A DNA stretch of 64,000 bases from Planctomycetales bacterium (GTDB lineage Bacteria; 4484-113): NCBI GenBank assembly GCA_037441675.1, contig JBBIRS010000007.1, positions 43,679 through 107,678 on the forward strand, written 5' to 3'. Shown piece after piece: positions 38,854 through 49,045 of the stretch. The notes under the pieces were generated by a model. The model was not told where the DNA came from and did no database searches. It saw only the letters and a list, made by a program, of their open reading frames with translations. The translations under genes were made by a program, and so were the position numbers. Position 1 is the stretch's first letter; each line of letters starts with the position of its first letter.

Positions 38854-39921
38854 CTAGAACCAGTTACTTTTATAGAAAAAGTAAAGCAATAAACTAACCA
38901 CTCCAATCATCACGCCATCTAAAATCCAAATGAGTGCATTTCCAAGAGTAGCCACACCGTGAAGATTGGGGAGATTCATCCCGTAAAATCCTGTAATAAA
39001 AGTGATGGGGAGGAAAATCGCCATAACAATGGTAAGGACGCGCATAATTTCTTGAGAGCGCACGTTAACTATGTGGTCGTGGATCTGCAGGTTTTGGTTT
39101 AGAATTTCCCTCTCCTGCTCATTGATGTGAAGAGCTTGTTCAAGGTGATTTATGAGAGTTCCGATGTATACCACAATTTCCTCACGTTCGCTTTCGGGTA
39201 TTGGCAATGGTTCTTTGGGCTTTTCATAAAAATCTGAAAGCTCCGCTAGGATTTTCAGTTCCTCTGAAAAGGATTTTCTCATTAGGAGAATGTTATGCCT
39301 GAGCGCAATTACCTCTTCCATCGTGGAAAGTCCATAGCTACGCCTCAGCTTGACTCTAATGATTGGAAGTTTCAACTCTCGCTGGATAAGGAACTTGAAC
39401 TCTATTTCATCTGCCCTCTTCTGAATGAGCACAAGCATCCTTAGGTAATCGTCAATTACCACATCCAGAATGTGGTAGAAAAAGATAATCGCCTTATCGT
39501 TAAAGTGGTAAAGGTCTTCGGGGATGTTGGTTTTGAATTGCGAAAGATAAGTTGGGATTGGGCTTCTATGCAAAGTCAAGACAAAGTTTTCACCCAAGTA
39601 GATGTTAAGTTCGCTCGCCTTGAAGTAAGCCTTTCTTGCCTCCCTGAAATAATGAATGATGAAGAACTTGTAGCCTCTCTCCTCTTCAACCTTGGGCTGA
39701 TAAATGTCGGGGGTCACGCACTCTTCCACCGTTAGGGGGTGAAAGTCAAGCTTGTCTTTTAGAAGTTCCACTACCTGATTTACCGGCGCCCGATATAGAT
39801 CAAAATCAAGCCATACAAATTCAGGTGAGCGGATTAGCTCTACCACTTCGTCAAAGGATTCAGGATTAACCTCTACGCACTCATTTCCAACAACTTTTAG
39901 ACCACTTACAGGTATTTGCAC
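38854..39921 (-). CDS. corA: CorA-family magnesium/cobalt transporter
   Basis: 355 aa. C-terminal two transmembrane helices with the YGMN motif (FYGMNLPNL). 10 nt downstream of the PP2C gene. Confidence 0.8.
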   Translation of the reverse strand: MQIPVSGLKVVGNECVEVNPESFDEVVELIRSPEFVWLDFDLYRAPVNQVVELLKDKLDFHPLTVEECVTPDIYQPKVEEERGYKFFIIHYFREARKAYFKASELNIYLGENFVLTLHRSPIPTYLSQFKTNIPEDLYHFNDKAIIFFYHILDVVIDDYLRMLVLIQKRADEIEFKFLIQRELKLPIIRVKLRRSYGLSTMEEVIALRHNILLMRKSFSEELKILAELSDFYEKPKEPLPIPESEREEIVVYIGTLINHLEQALHINEQEREILNQNLQIHDHIVNVRSQEIMRVLTIVMAIFLPITFITGFYGMNLPNLHGVATLGNALIWILDGVMIGVVSLLLYFFYKSNWF

Positions 39922-39999
39922 ACTGAAGATTGTAAAGTAAAATCATTACTTTAGGCAATTCTTGCGCACTTAATTTTGCTTTTCAAGGAGAACGAAGTT

Positions 40000-40548
40000 A
40001 TGGCAATATATGAGATAGATGGACACAAGCCACAAATAGGCGAAGGGACATATATTCACGAGCTTGCCTGCGTTATTGGCAATGTGGTAATCGGCAAGGG
40101 CTGTTTTATTGGACCTGGCGCGGTAATCAGGGGAGATTACGGAAGGATAATAATCGGAGATGGGACAAGCGTGGAAGACAACGTCATAATTCACGCTCGT
40201 CCTGGCGAGATTACCACCCTTGGTGAGCATATCACTTTAGGTCATGGCTGTATCCTTCACAACTGCACCGTGGAGAGTTACGCGGTTATAGGCATGGGCG
40301 CAATAGTTTCAGATTGGGCGGTGGTACGGAAATGGGCAGTGGTTGCGGAGGGCGCGGTGGTTAAGAACGGTTTTGAAGTTCCTGAGGAGTGTATCGCGGT
40401 TGGTGTGCCGGCGAAGATACTTGAAACGAAAATATCCCAGGCTTACAAGGATGAATGGCTTCACTTTAAGCGCATTTACGTCCGTTTGGCTGGAAGGACT
40501 TACCCCGAGTCACTAAAACCTGTATCTCTACCGCTACCGATTGAATAA
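40000..40548 (+). CDS. Gamma-carbonic anhydrase-like hexapeptide-repeat protein (PaaY/CaiE-like)
   Basis: Start moved to the ATG at 40000 (MAIYEIDG), preceded by AAGGAG. Left-handed beta-helix repeats. Confidence 0.75.
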   Translation: MAIYEIDGHKPQIGEGTYIHELACVIGNVVIGKGCFIGPGAVIRGDYGRIIIGDGTSVEDNVIIHARPGEITTLGEHITLGHGCILHNCTVESYAVIGMGAIVSDWAVVRKWAVVAEGAVVKNGFEVPEECIAVGVPAKILETKISQAYKDEWLHFKRIYVRLAGRTYPESLKPVSLPLPIE

Positions 40549-40636
40549 GCTGGAATTAAGAAAGAGCGAAATATCCGCCAATTTTCAGAAATTTACTCTT
40601 GATAGATTGACAACTTCGCAAGTTACTGCGCTAATC

Positions 40637-40667
40637 TTGAATTTAGAGAATCACTTCTTGGTATAAT
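40637..40667 (+). promoter_or_regulatory. Candidate promoter with extended -10 (TGgTATAAT)
   Basis: TTGAAT-N19-TGgTATAAT. The TATAAT is at 40662-40667. Upstream of the GNAT-like gene. Confidence 0.35.
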
Positions 40668-40781
40668 TCTGTTTGCCAGGGAGAATTACACATACCTTGG
40701 GTATGAGGCATCCAGCTATTATTTAGTTTAATTGAGTATGAACAGGAGGGAGGAAAGCTGGCGGATATAGAATACCGTCCG

Positions 40782-41471
40782 ATGGGGGAAGATTTTATCT
40801 TACCTGCATGTCCGGGTATACTTTTATCCGGACCGATTGATGTTGGCGATCCGAATTTACTCAAGATTGCGGAGGAGTTTGAATCCGAGTGTGGAGCCGA
40901 AAACGCTGATTTTTTCAGCTCCCGTGTAAAGGGCAATGAAACCTGCGCCATCCTCGCTTGGTCACGCTATTTGATAGTTGGAGCGGTAACCTTCTTTCCA
41001 CAGATCGGCTTGCCACCCTTAATCGGCAAGGTCTATGGCACTGATGAGTATCCCGAAAGTTGGTGGCGTGGCTTGGCATCCGATAGCACTACCTTAGTCG
41101 TGGGTTGCGTTACTGTTGCTAAGGGATATCGCGGTTTGGGTATAGCCAAAGGTCTTTGTAAAGAGATGATTTCCTGGGCGAGGAAGGGAAACTGGCGAAG
41201 ATTACTCGTGACAGGGGTAAATACGGAGCTTGTAGGCTATAATTACCGTCTGGCGCTTCCATTTTGGGAAGATTTGGGGTTCAAAATAGTAAGGGCGAAC
41301 AATAGGTCTCAGCTTCAGCCCGCCTGGGCAACTAAGATGAAAACTGAAATTCTAAAAAAACATGAAATGGGAGAGTACCTCATTGAAGGAATAGACTTTA
41401 GCATTCTGCTTAAGAGCATGGGCTGGGATGGTATCCTTGCAAGTTATGACCTGGAGCTGAAAATTGCATAA
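40782..41471 (+). CDS. Putative GNAT-family N-acetyltransferase
   Basis: 229 aa. VAKGYRGLGIAKGL resembles the acetyl-CoA-binding Q/RxxGxG/A loop. Weak call. Confidence 0.4.
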   Translation: MGEDFILPACPGILLSGPIDVGDPNLLKIAEEFESECGAENADFFSSRVKGNETCAILAWSRYLIVGAVTFFPQIGLPPLIGKVYGTDEYPESWWRGLASDSTTLVVGCVTVAKGYRGLGIAKGLCKEMISWARKGNWRRLLVTGVNTELVGYNYRLALPFWEDLGFKIVRANNRSQLQPAWATKMKTEILKKHEMGEYLIEGIDFSILLKSMGWDGILASYDLELKIA

Positions 41472-41559
41472 CCACATTTCCATCCATGAAAAAACGAAAC
41501 ATTACAGCTTTATTCCGCCTGTGACACAACTGCGTGGAATACGCAACTGGCAAACCACT

Positions 41560-42675
41560 ATGGCTCTTGGATTCTTGGTATGGCTCGCGCTTTTCATCGT
41601 TGAAAGGGTTGGCAAAATCCCAGAGCATCCGCCTATTTCCATTGAGTGGCTCCTTGTTGCGGTTAATATGCTCATCGGAGTTCTTTTAGTTCACGGCACT
41701 TGCGAATCTCTCATCGCAGGCTCTCAAGGTCTTGCAAGCATCTACCGATGGGATACTTTTATCGCTGGAACTATTACTGAAATTCTTACCCTGCTCCCTG
41801 AGCTTGCAATTATATTTTTTCTCGTTAAGGTTAATCCATACTTGACTTTCCTCGTGACTGCGGCGGCTATCTACAACAACGCTTTAGCGTTCAGCGTATA
41901 TTCATTCTTTCTGCCAAAGGATTTGCGGGGAAGGTATCTAATGCCAGAACCGATTACGAAAGCTGGAACTGAAGTACTAATAGCGGGAAGCGGTATGGCG
42001 CTGGTAATTGGATTTGTTATGATTGTTTTTGGTCATAACGGTAAAGGCGCAGTCCTTCGGGAGATTGACCTTATCTTTATCGGAGCAGCGCTTTTAGTTG
42101 TTTTTGCATCTTACCTTCATACCCTTATGCGCTATTATTCAAAGGCTAAGGAAGAATACCCCACAGAGAAAGAAAGTGTAACCTTTTCTATGAGTCTGCC
42201 AAAGGCGATTACACTTTTGTTTTTTGGTGTCCTTGGTGCATGGGTTGGCGGAGAGGCGGTGAGTAAAGTTGGTGATACCCTTGTGAACGTTTTGAATATA
42301 CCGTTAATCCCTACCGCAATTCTTATTGCTTTATTTGGCGCCTTTGATGAATACGTCGTTATTATTCAATCCCACAAGCAAAAGATGATGGGGATAGCCC
42401 TATCAAATGTCTTTGGCGGGATAACTCAGATTATGTTTCTCGTTATGCCTTTCACTTTAATCGCCATTGGCGTAAGCGGGCTTCTTGGAATTGTTGAGGG
42501 CTCTTTGCCTATCAATTTCGCCACTACCCTTGTGATAGTTCTTCTCTTCCCCGTTCTTTTCGTTTTATTTGAATACTTAGAGGAAGACCATACGCTAAAC
42601 AACCTAGATGCGGCTGGAATGCTTGCCATATTTGTTCTGATTCTATATGCGCTCCTGTTTATGAGTGGAGTGTAA
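41560..42675 (+). CDS. Polytopic membrane protein (possible cation-exchanger-like)
   Basis: Start trimmed to the ATG at 41560 (MALGFLVWLALF). 9-10 transmembrane helices. GTITEILTLLPELA is faintly reminiscent of CaCA alpha-repeats. Confidence 0.45.
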   Translation: MALGFLVWLALFIVERVGKIPEHPPISIEWLLVAVNMLIGVLLVHGTCESLIAGSQGLASIYRWDTFIAGTITEILTLLPELAIIFFLVKVNPYLTFLVTAAAIYNNALAFSVYSFFLPKDLRGRYLMPEPITKAGTEVLIAGSGMALVIGFVMIVFGHNGKGAVLREIDLIFIGAALLVVFASYLHTLMRYYSKAKEEYPTEKESVTFSMSLPKAITLLFFGVLGAWVGGEAVSKVGDTLVNVLNIPLIPTAILIALFGAFDEYVVIIQSHKQKMMGIALSNVFGGITQIMFLVMPFTLIAIGVSGLLGIVEGSLPINFATTLVIVLLFPVLFVLFEYLEEDHTLNNLDAAGMLAIFVLILYALLFMSGV

Positions 42676-42886
42676 ACTCAATCTTTCGAAGAGAAAGATA
42701 CAGCAATTTTGATGAGGGAGTTTAAGGCAGTGGAAAATTAGCCAGATATGTATCGGTAGCAAACTAAATCAAACCTTGAAGAGCTAGAAAGTCGCAGGTT
42801 TTACCGAAGATGGATGCATCAGCTAAAGTAGCGATAGTCAATTTCCATTAGAGAGCAAAATCACCTTGAGTAAAGGTTGAATGGTT

Positions 42887-45547
42887 CTAGCGCGTATCGC
42901 CGACAGTTGCGGAAAGCTTCTCTTTGACCGCTGATTGTGCAGCGGCAACACGCGCAATTGGCACCCTAAAGGGAGAACAGCTGACATAGTCAAAGCGGTT
43001 TTTGTGGCAAAATTCAATTGAGCTGGGGTCACCGCCATGCTCGCCACATATTCCAACCTTTAAGTCCTTCCTAGTCCTTCTACCTAGCTTAACCGCCATT
43101 GACACAAGCTTGCCAACACCGGTCTGATCAAGTTCCTCAAAGGGGTTGGCTGGATAAATACCCATCTCCACATATAGGCGCAAGAATTTTTCTTCAGCAT
43201 CATCTCTGGATATTCCAAGCGTCATTTGGGTTAAATCGTTGGTTCCGAAGCTGAAGAATTCAGCCACTTCAGCAATTTCATCAGCAGTGAGGGCGGCGCG
43301 CGGAACTTCAATCATAGTTCCGTAAAGGTATTCAATACGCTCACCCATTCTCTCGAAAACTCTCTTTGCAGTTTCGCGGGTGATTCTCTCCAACCTACGA
43401 AGCTCTTGCACGCTTCCAGCTAGGGGTATCATTATCTCTGGAAGAACTTGAATTCCTTCACGCTTAACTTCAATTGCCGCTTCAAGAATGGCTTCCACTT
43501 GCATTTCGCTGATTTCAGGATAGATCAGCCCCAAACGGCAACCGCGAAAACCGAGCATTGGGTTAACCTCCCGAAGGGCTCGCACGCGTTCTTTTAATAG
43601 ATTCATCTGTTCATCTATGGCGTTACCCTTAACACTGCGAATCACTTTCTCCAGCTCAAGTTCATCCCCGGGAAGAAACTCGTGCAATGGGGGGTCAAGG
43701 AGACGAATAGTAACCGGGTAGCCGTGCATTTCTCTGAATAAACCCTTGAAGTCTTCAACCTGAAAGCTTTTAATCTTGGATAGGTGCTCCCTCCTCTCCT
43801 CTTCAGTTTCAGCAAGAATCATCGCTTGCATAAAGGGTAGGCGCTCTTGCTCCATAAACATATGCTCCGTTCGTGCAAGTCCAATTCCTTCCGCGCCAAA
43901 TTCATAGGCGCGCTTAGCATCAATAGGATTATCCGCATTGGCGCGAACCTTTAGCTTCCGCAGTTCATCAGCCCAACTTAGAAATTTCATGAACTCATCA
44001 GTTAGACGAGGCTCCAAGAGCGGCATCGCGCCAATATAAACGTTTCCAGTTGTTCCATCAATTGTAAGTAAATCTCCCTCGTGAAGAAGATGCTCATTGC
44101 CATCAAAATGAACGGTTAGGTTTATCTGATCGATTCGCAATGTATAGCATCCCGCAACGCAAGGCTTGCCCATACCTCTAGCCACGACCGCCGCATGGGA
44201 AGTCATCCCACCGCGAGCTGTAAGAACACCTTGACTAACAGCAAGCCCGTGAATGTCATCTGGGGTTGTTTCTTCGCGGACTAAAATAACCCTCTCACCC
44301 ATCGCCCCAAGTTTTTCCGCCTTATCAGGGTCAAGGACAATCTTGCCAACCGCTGCGCCGGGACTGGCATTGAGACCTTTCGCCACAGGTGAAGCCCCTT
44401 TTGCGTCAACCTGCTTGTGCAAAAGCTGGTTAATTGAGTTTGCATCAACCATTAGTATTGCCTGCGCTTTGTCGTAATAGCCCGCTTCACAGCTTTCAAC
44501 CGCGATTCTTATCCCAGCTGCGCCCGTTCGCTTTCCTGCACGCGTCTGAAGAATGTAAAGCTTACCCTCCTCTATTGTAAATTCCACGTCTTGCATATCT
44601 TTATAGTGCTTGTCCAATCCATTTATGTGGGCATATAGCTTTTGAGCAACTTCGGGCATTTCTTCCGCCAACTTCTCCAGTGGTTCAGGTGTCCTGATGC
44701 CTGCGACAACATCTTCGCCCTGCGCGTTCGTTAAGTACTCACCGTAAATCTTCCACTCTCCAGTGCTTGGGTTTCTGGAAAAGGCAACACCGGTCGCGCT
44801 CCTGTTTCCGAGATTGCCGAAAACCATTGCCTGCACGATGCATGCGGTTCCGAGATTGTGTGAAATGCGATTGAGATTTCTGTAAGTGATTGCCCTTGGG
44901 CTATTCCAGCTTTTGAAAACAGCAGAGATAGCCATTTTCAGCTGTTCAAGCGGAACTTCTGGTATGCCTGAGGGCTTATGGCGCAAGACTATACTCTTGT
45001 AGTCGTCTATCAACCTCTCAAGCGCATTCTCGTTCAGCTCATAATCGTAACGCGCGCCGACGGCATTCTTTGCGCTCAAGAGTGCCTCCTCAAAATGCGA
45101 ACTTTCTATTCCAAGAACTACATCAGAGAAAATCTGGATGAATCGCCTATAAGAATCAAGGGCGAATCTACGGTTGTTCGTTCTTTTGGCTAGAGCTAGC
45201 ACACTCTTTGAGTTGAGCCCTAAATTGAGAATTGTGTCCATCATTCCGGGCATTGAAAACTTCGCCCCAGAACGCACAGATACTAACAGTGGATTTTCTT
45301 CATCACCGAAGCTTCTGCCCAAGTCTTCCTCAAGCTTCTTTAGGTTTTCATAAACTTCATCAAGAATTTCTTGAGACAAGATCTCGCCATTTTCAAAAAA
45401 TTCAAGGCAGGCAGAGGTTGTAATAATAAAGCCAGGAGGAACGGGAAGACCTAATTCGGTCATACGCGCGAGGTTTGCGCCCTTTCCACCGAAAAGGTCT
45501 TTGTTATTTCCGTCAGCCTCTGAAAACTGAAAGACCCACTTAGCCAT
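42887..45547 (-). CDS. ppdK: Pyruvate, phosphate dikinase
   Basis: About 886 aa from the ATG at 45547 (MAKWVFQF; GGAGG Shine-Dalgarno). N-terminal GGKGANLARM, a central phosphohistidine domain (GGMTSHAAVVARGMGKP) and a PEP-utilising TIM barrel. Confidence 0.9.
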   Translation of the reverse strand: MAKWVFQFSEADGNNKDLFGGKGANLARMTELGLPVPPGFIITTSACLEFFENGEILSQEILDEVYENLKKLEEDLGRSFGDEENPLLVSVRSGAKFSMPGMMDTILNLGLNSKSVLALAKRTNNRRFALDSYRRFIQIFSDVVLGIESSHFEEALLSAKNAVGARYDYELNENALERLIDDYKSIVLRHKPSGIPEVPLEQLKMAISAVFKSWNSPRAITYRNLNRISHNLGTACIVQAMVFGNLGNRSATGVAFSRNPSTGEWKIYGEYLTNAQGEDVVAGIRTPEPLEKLAEEMPEVAQKLYAHINGLDKHYKDMQDVEFTIEEGKLYILQTRAGKRTGAAGIRIAVESCEAGYYDKAQAILMVDANSINQLLHKQVDAKGASPVAKGLNASPGAAVGKIVLDPDKAEKLGAMGERVILVREETTPDDIHGLAVSQGVLTARGGMTSHAAVVARGMGKPCVAGCYTLRIDQINLTVHFDGNEHLLHEGDLLTIDGTTGNVYIGAMPLLEPRLTDEFMKFLSWADELRKLKVRANADNPIDAKRAYEFGAEGIGLARTEHMFMEQERLPFMQAMILAETEEERREHLSKIKSFQVEDFKGLFREMHGYPVTIRLLDPPLHEFLPGDELELEKVIRSVKGNAIDEQMNLLKERVRALREVNPMLGFRGCRLGLIYPEISEMQVEAILEAAIEVKREGIQVLPEIMIPLAGSVQELRRLERITRETAKRVFERMGERIEYLYGTMIEVPRAALTADEIAEVAEFFSFGTNDLTQMTLGISRDDAEEKFLRLYVEMGIYPANPFEELDQTGVGKLVSMAVKLGRRTRKDLKVGICGEHGGDPSSIEFCHKNRFDYVSCSPFRVPIARVAAAQSAVKEKLSATVGDTR

Positions 45548-45738
45548 TTGTGAAATTCCTCCCAAACTCTAGGCGTTTATTTCATTCTGAAGAGCGAATT
45601 TCAAAGAAGAATTATACTCCAGATTTGAACTTTAAGGAAAGTATTCCTCACCTTATTCGCAAGTTTATTTTCTCAATTGCAAGTGGTGAGTTCTAGCTTC
45701 TTTTATAAAGATATTTCAGCGTGAACACGCGTTCATCA

Positions 45739-46593
45739 TCAATGTGGCACTGGTTTTGCGGTGGGAGCTAATTCGTGCGGGTTTTCACTTGAACTTGGAT
45801 TGGTTAGCGGAGGCGCCTCAAGCGTAGGGTCTAGAATCTTGATATTGTGCTTCTCCTTCTCTTTTGATAGAAAAAGGTCAAAGCTGAATCGCTTTCGCTC
45901 TTGTATCATCTGCGCACGCAATTCCTCCTTGCTCGGAAGAGCAACTTTCCCACCAGGATGATTTTCCATCATCCTACTTAGCTTCTCCATTTGCGCATCC
46001 AGCTCTTCCTCGCTAATCTGTGCGTCAACCTCCGTCGCTTCCACTAGTTTTTCACGAAGTAGCATCCTTCCCGCTACTTCCCGAAACTCGCTCAAAGTTA
46101 AACCAAGAGTGTTAGAAAGATCATCTAGAAACTCCTTCTCAGATGAAAAAGGCTCCTTGGCGCGTTGAATAAACTCGTCCAGTTCAACCTCTGAAACGCT
46201 TAGGGCTTGTTCCTTGCCTATTTTCTCAAGGATGGGTTGCTCAATTAGGTCGTTAAGGGCAAGCCTTCTGAAGAACAGAATTTGATTTGGAGTTAGATTT
46301 TCCTCTGTTAGACCGCCGGCGCCAAGGTAGAACTTAACGTACTTATTCAATTCCTTCCCGAGTATCTCCTTTGAATCAACAATGGCAATCACCTTGTCTG
46401 GCTCAATGGGAGAGACACTAACCTGAGAGGAAGTCCCATTAAAGGGAGGATGACCCCCTGGAAAAGATTTGCCAGAGGATACGCTATTACCCTTTTGCAA
46501 ATATGCCCTTACCGCAAAACCTAGAATAGCGCCTAGAACTATCGCAAATATCAATAGAAGAAGCTCACGCTTTTGCCTTCGTGTCAATTTCAC
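45739..46593 (-). CDS. SurA N-terminal-domain-like periplasmic chaperone (no PPIase domain)
   Basis: 284 aa. N-terminal transmembrane helix. Helical SurA_N-like region. No parvulin domain seen. Confidence 0.5.
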   Translation of the reverse strand: MKLTRRQKRELLLLIFAIVLGAILGFAVRAYLQKGNSVSSGKSFPGGHPPFNGTSSQVSVSPIEPDKVIAIVDSKEILGKELNKYVKFYLGAGGLTEENLTPNQILFFRRLALNDLIEQPILEKIGKEQALSVSEVELDEFIQRAKEPFSSEKEFLDDLSNTLGLTLSEFREVAGRMLLREKLVEATEVDAQISEEELDAQMEKLSRMMENHPGGKVALPSKEELRAQMIQERKRFSFDLFLSKEKEKHNIKILDPTLEAPPLTNPSSSENPHELAPTAKPVPH

Positions 46594-46720
46594 AAACGTC
46601 CTTTGATAAACTTACACTCCTATATCAGCTCTAATAATCTTACTCATTGATTAAGAGCTTAAAATCAAATGAAATCAAATTTCAGGTTTTTCTAACGCAA
46701 ACTGCCAATACCTCAAACAA

Positions 46721-47686
46721 TTACTTGTCACCGCCTTTGTTTTCACCTTGCTTAGCATTCTCGCCGTTCTCCTTCTTGTCTTTGGCAGAGGATCCTTCAC
46801 CGTTATCCTTTGCTTTACTTCCCTTGGCATCCTTGCTAGCATTGCTTTTCTCTTCGGTTCCACTCTTTTTCTTCTCAGTTCCGCCCTCTTTCTTTTCAGT
46901 TGAAGATGCTTCTTTTTCGCCCTCTTTCACCTCTTTTTCTTTAGCACCTTTCTCAACCTCAGCTTTCTTAGCTGCCTCCGCCATTTCCTTCTCCGTTTCC
47001 AACTTCTTCAATATTGCCTTACTTTTTTCAGCTTTTTCAGCCTCTATCCTTGCTCTTTCCTGTGGGGGGAGGAATAAGTAATCCACCTTTGATAACGTCA
47101 TAATATCGTCCAGGTAAGTCTGACCTTTAGCGTAAGCCTCGGAAGTGATTATGTAATCCACAACCCAGTCCTTTATATCCTCAAAGGACATCTTCTCAAC
47201 TTCCGCATCTGTGAGCTTATGTTCGGTGGCATAAAGCCTACGGTAATATAGGGGGTTTTGCTCAAAACGAGCCTTCGCTTCTTCCTCCGAGACATTAACT
47301 CGTTTCTTTAGTAGACCTTCGTACAAAGCCTCTATCCTGAACTGCTCCAGCAGGTTCTCCTCAGTAACATTTTGCATCTGCTTCCACCTCTCCCATGAGG
47401 GACCAGGCCCAATTTCGCTTATCATATCATCCAGCCTCTTCTTGATTTCCTTCTCGTCAACGACAATATGTTCCTCTGCAGCCTTTTGTTTAATCACAAC
47501 ACGCATAACAAGCTGGTCAACAAACCTCTTGAACATTGGATTGTCAATCATATCCTTTAGGGTAATTGGTTGGCCGTTAACCTTCGCTATTACGTAGCTC
47601 TCAGGGGTAACAGCGCAACTCGCTATAGCGAATGCGAACATCAAGAGAACTAAAAGGATTGTCACATGGAAATTAACTGATTTCAT
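46721..47686 (-). CDS. SurA N-terminal-domain-like chaperone with K/E-rich C-terminal tail
   Basis: 321 aa. Signal peptide and lipobox-like IASC. SurA_N-like helices. C-terminal roughly 100 aa of KEGEK low-complexity sequence. Confidence 0.55.
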   Translation of the reverse strand: MKSVNFHVTILLVLLMFAFAIASCAVTPESYVIAKVNGQPITLKDMIDNPMFKRFVDQLVMRVVIKQKAAEEHIVVDEKEIKKRLDDMISEIGPGPSWERWKQMQNVTEENLLEQFRIEALYEGLLKKRVNVSEEEAKARFEQNPLYYRRLYATEHKLTDAEVEKMSFEDIKDWVVDYIITSEAYAKGQTYLDDIMTLSKVDYLFLPPQERARIEAEKAEKSKAILKKLETEKEMAEAAKKAEVEKGAKEKEVKEGEKEASSTEKKEGGTEKKKSGTEEKSNASKDAKGSKAKDNGEGSSAKDKKENGENAKQGENKGGDK

Positions 47687-47921
47687 AATTCACTCCTAAC
47701 CTTTTAATATTCAGATCATGATATTTTATCACTTAAGACGAGAGTTTTGGTTAAATTCATTAATTTGGCAAAATTAAATAGGATTGACGTGCTTCTTTGA
47801 TTTACCGCAAAGTGTTTTAGAGGACTGTAGCGCTGAAAGATAATTTAATTATACGAAGATTTGCTCTGTGAATTCTGTGCTAGCTTAATCGGCAGCCTAC
47901 TTAGCCTGTCTTTGGCGATTC

Positions 47922-49019
47922 TCAAGATGCAGGCGATTCAGGCGATTTAGGAGACTCTTCTGGGGTTTCGCCCTCGCCATGTTTTTGCTCGGAAGCTTCG
48001 CCACTGGTTTCCACAGCTCCCTTTTCAGCGCCTTCAGATTCAGTCTCAGCCTCTTCAGCTTTCTCTTCCGCTTTTTCCTCAGTAACTTCCTCTTCAGGTT
48101 GAGCTTGAACTTTTATAGCTAGAGTGGAAGGTTGCATAATTTGGGCTTCTAAGCTCCTTCCGAATTCCTTTAGGATATTCAAAAATTCCTCAAAATTTAA
48201 GGATTCAACGATGTAAAACTCAGGAATTTGGAACAACACTTCGGGTAAACGGTCGGTGGAGATACCACGAAGACCAAAAGTTAAAGTGAAAAGCTTTGAC
48301 TCCATCTCCACCGATAATGGGACTTTTAACCGCTTTTCCTTCAGAAAGCGAAGGGTAATACTGGACAGGTCGGCCACCTTGAGTAAATCGCGCAAGTCCT
48401 TTGGAATGGGAACTGTAACTTTTATCTCCCAGCCCGTTGCGGTGAGGTTTTCATACTTTCTCGATTTAATCTGCTTGGGCTTGGAGATAATCACGCCTTC
48501 CTTCTTTGCCTGCCTTCTCAATTCTTCCCAATCAATATCCTTGCCGGTTATCGCCCGCACCATTTCCCTTAGAAATTCGTTTGGAAGTTCCAACAGGTAT
48601 GCCCTCCGCAGTTTGTTATCTATAAAGATGGGCTTTGAAGAACTACTTGGGCTAAAAAGGAAAGTAAAAACCTGAAAGGCAGGTTGAGTTGAGGTTTTTT
48701 GTTTTCCAGCAGATGGTGATTTCCTGAACTGCGTGGAAGTTTGTGGAAATGATGGAATGAGTAAATCAATTCGGTAAACTTTGTCCTGGTAATAGAGTTT
48801 TCCTCGGATCGGAATTGAGAAGGGAATTGATGATAACTCCGCCGAAGCCATCTGTTGAAACTCGGGGCTTACGCGAAAACCTAAGTATAAATTACCGTAG
48901 AGCGAATCTGCCCACGAAGGTGAAGCGGAAAGAGCGGGAAAAATTACGCCTCCAAGAAGCGCCATGATGAGAGGCTTACAAGATTTCAGAGCCTTTTTAA
49001 CAGGTATCATAAGCGCCAA
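47922..49019 (-). CDS. Hypothetical secreted protein immediately downstream of pilQ
   Basis: 365 aa. Signal peptide. Acidic C-terminus. No recognisable domain. Confidence 0.5.
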   Translation of the reverse strand: MALMIPVKKALKSCKPLIMALLGGVIFPALSASPSWADSLYGNLYLGFRVSPEFQQMASAELSSIPFSIPIRGKLYYQDKVYRIDLLIPSFPQTSTQFRKSPSAGKQKTSTQPAFQVFTFLFSPSSSSKPIFIDNKLRRAYLLELPNEFLREMVRAITGKDIDWEELRRQAKKEGVIISKPKQIKSRKYENLTATGWEIKVTVPIPKDLRDLLKVADLSSITLRFLKEKRLKVPLSVEMESKLFTLTFGLRGISTDRLPEVLFQIPEFYIVESLNFEEFLNILKEFGRSLEAQIMQPSTLAIKVQAQPEEEVTEEKAEEKAEEAETESEGAEKGAVETSGEASEQKHGEGETPEESPKSPESPAS

Positions 49020-49045
49020 GTTTTAGTTCAAGTTATCAGTTAAAG

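Noticed and set aside
46647-47081. 144-aa Ser/Phe/Leu-rich plus-strand ORF
   Set aside because: It is the antisense shadow of the K/E-rich low-complexity tail of the SurA-like gene.
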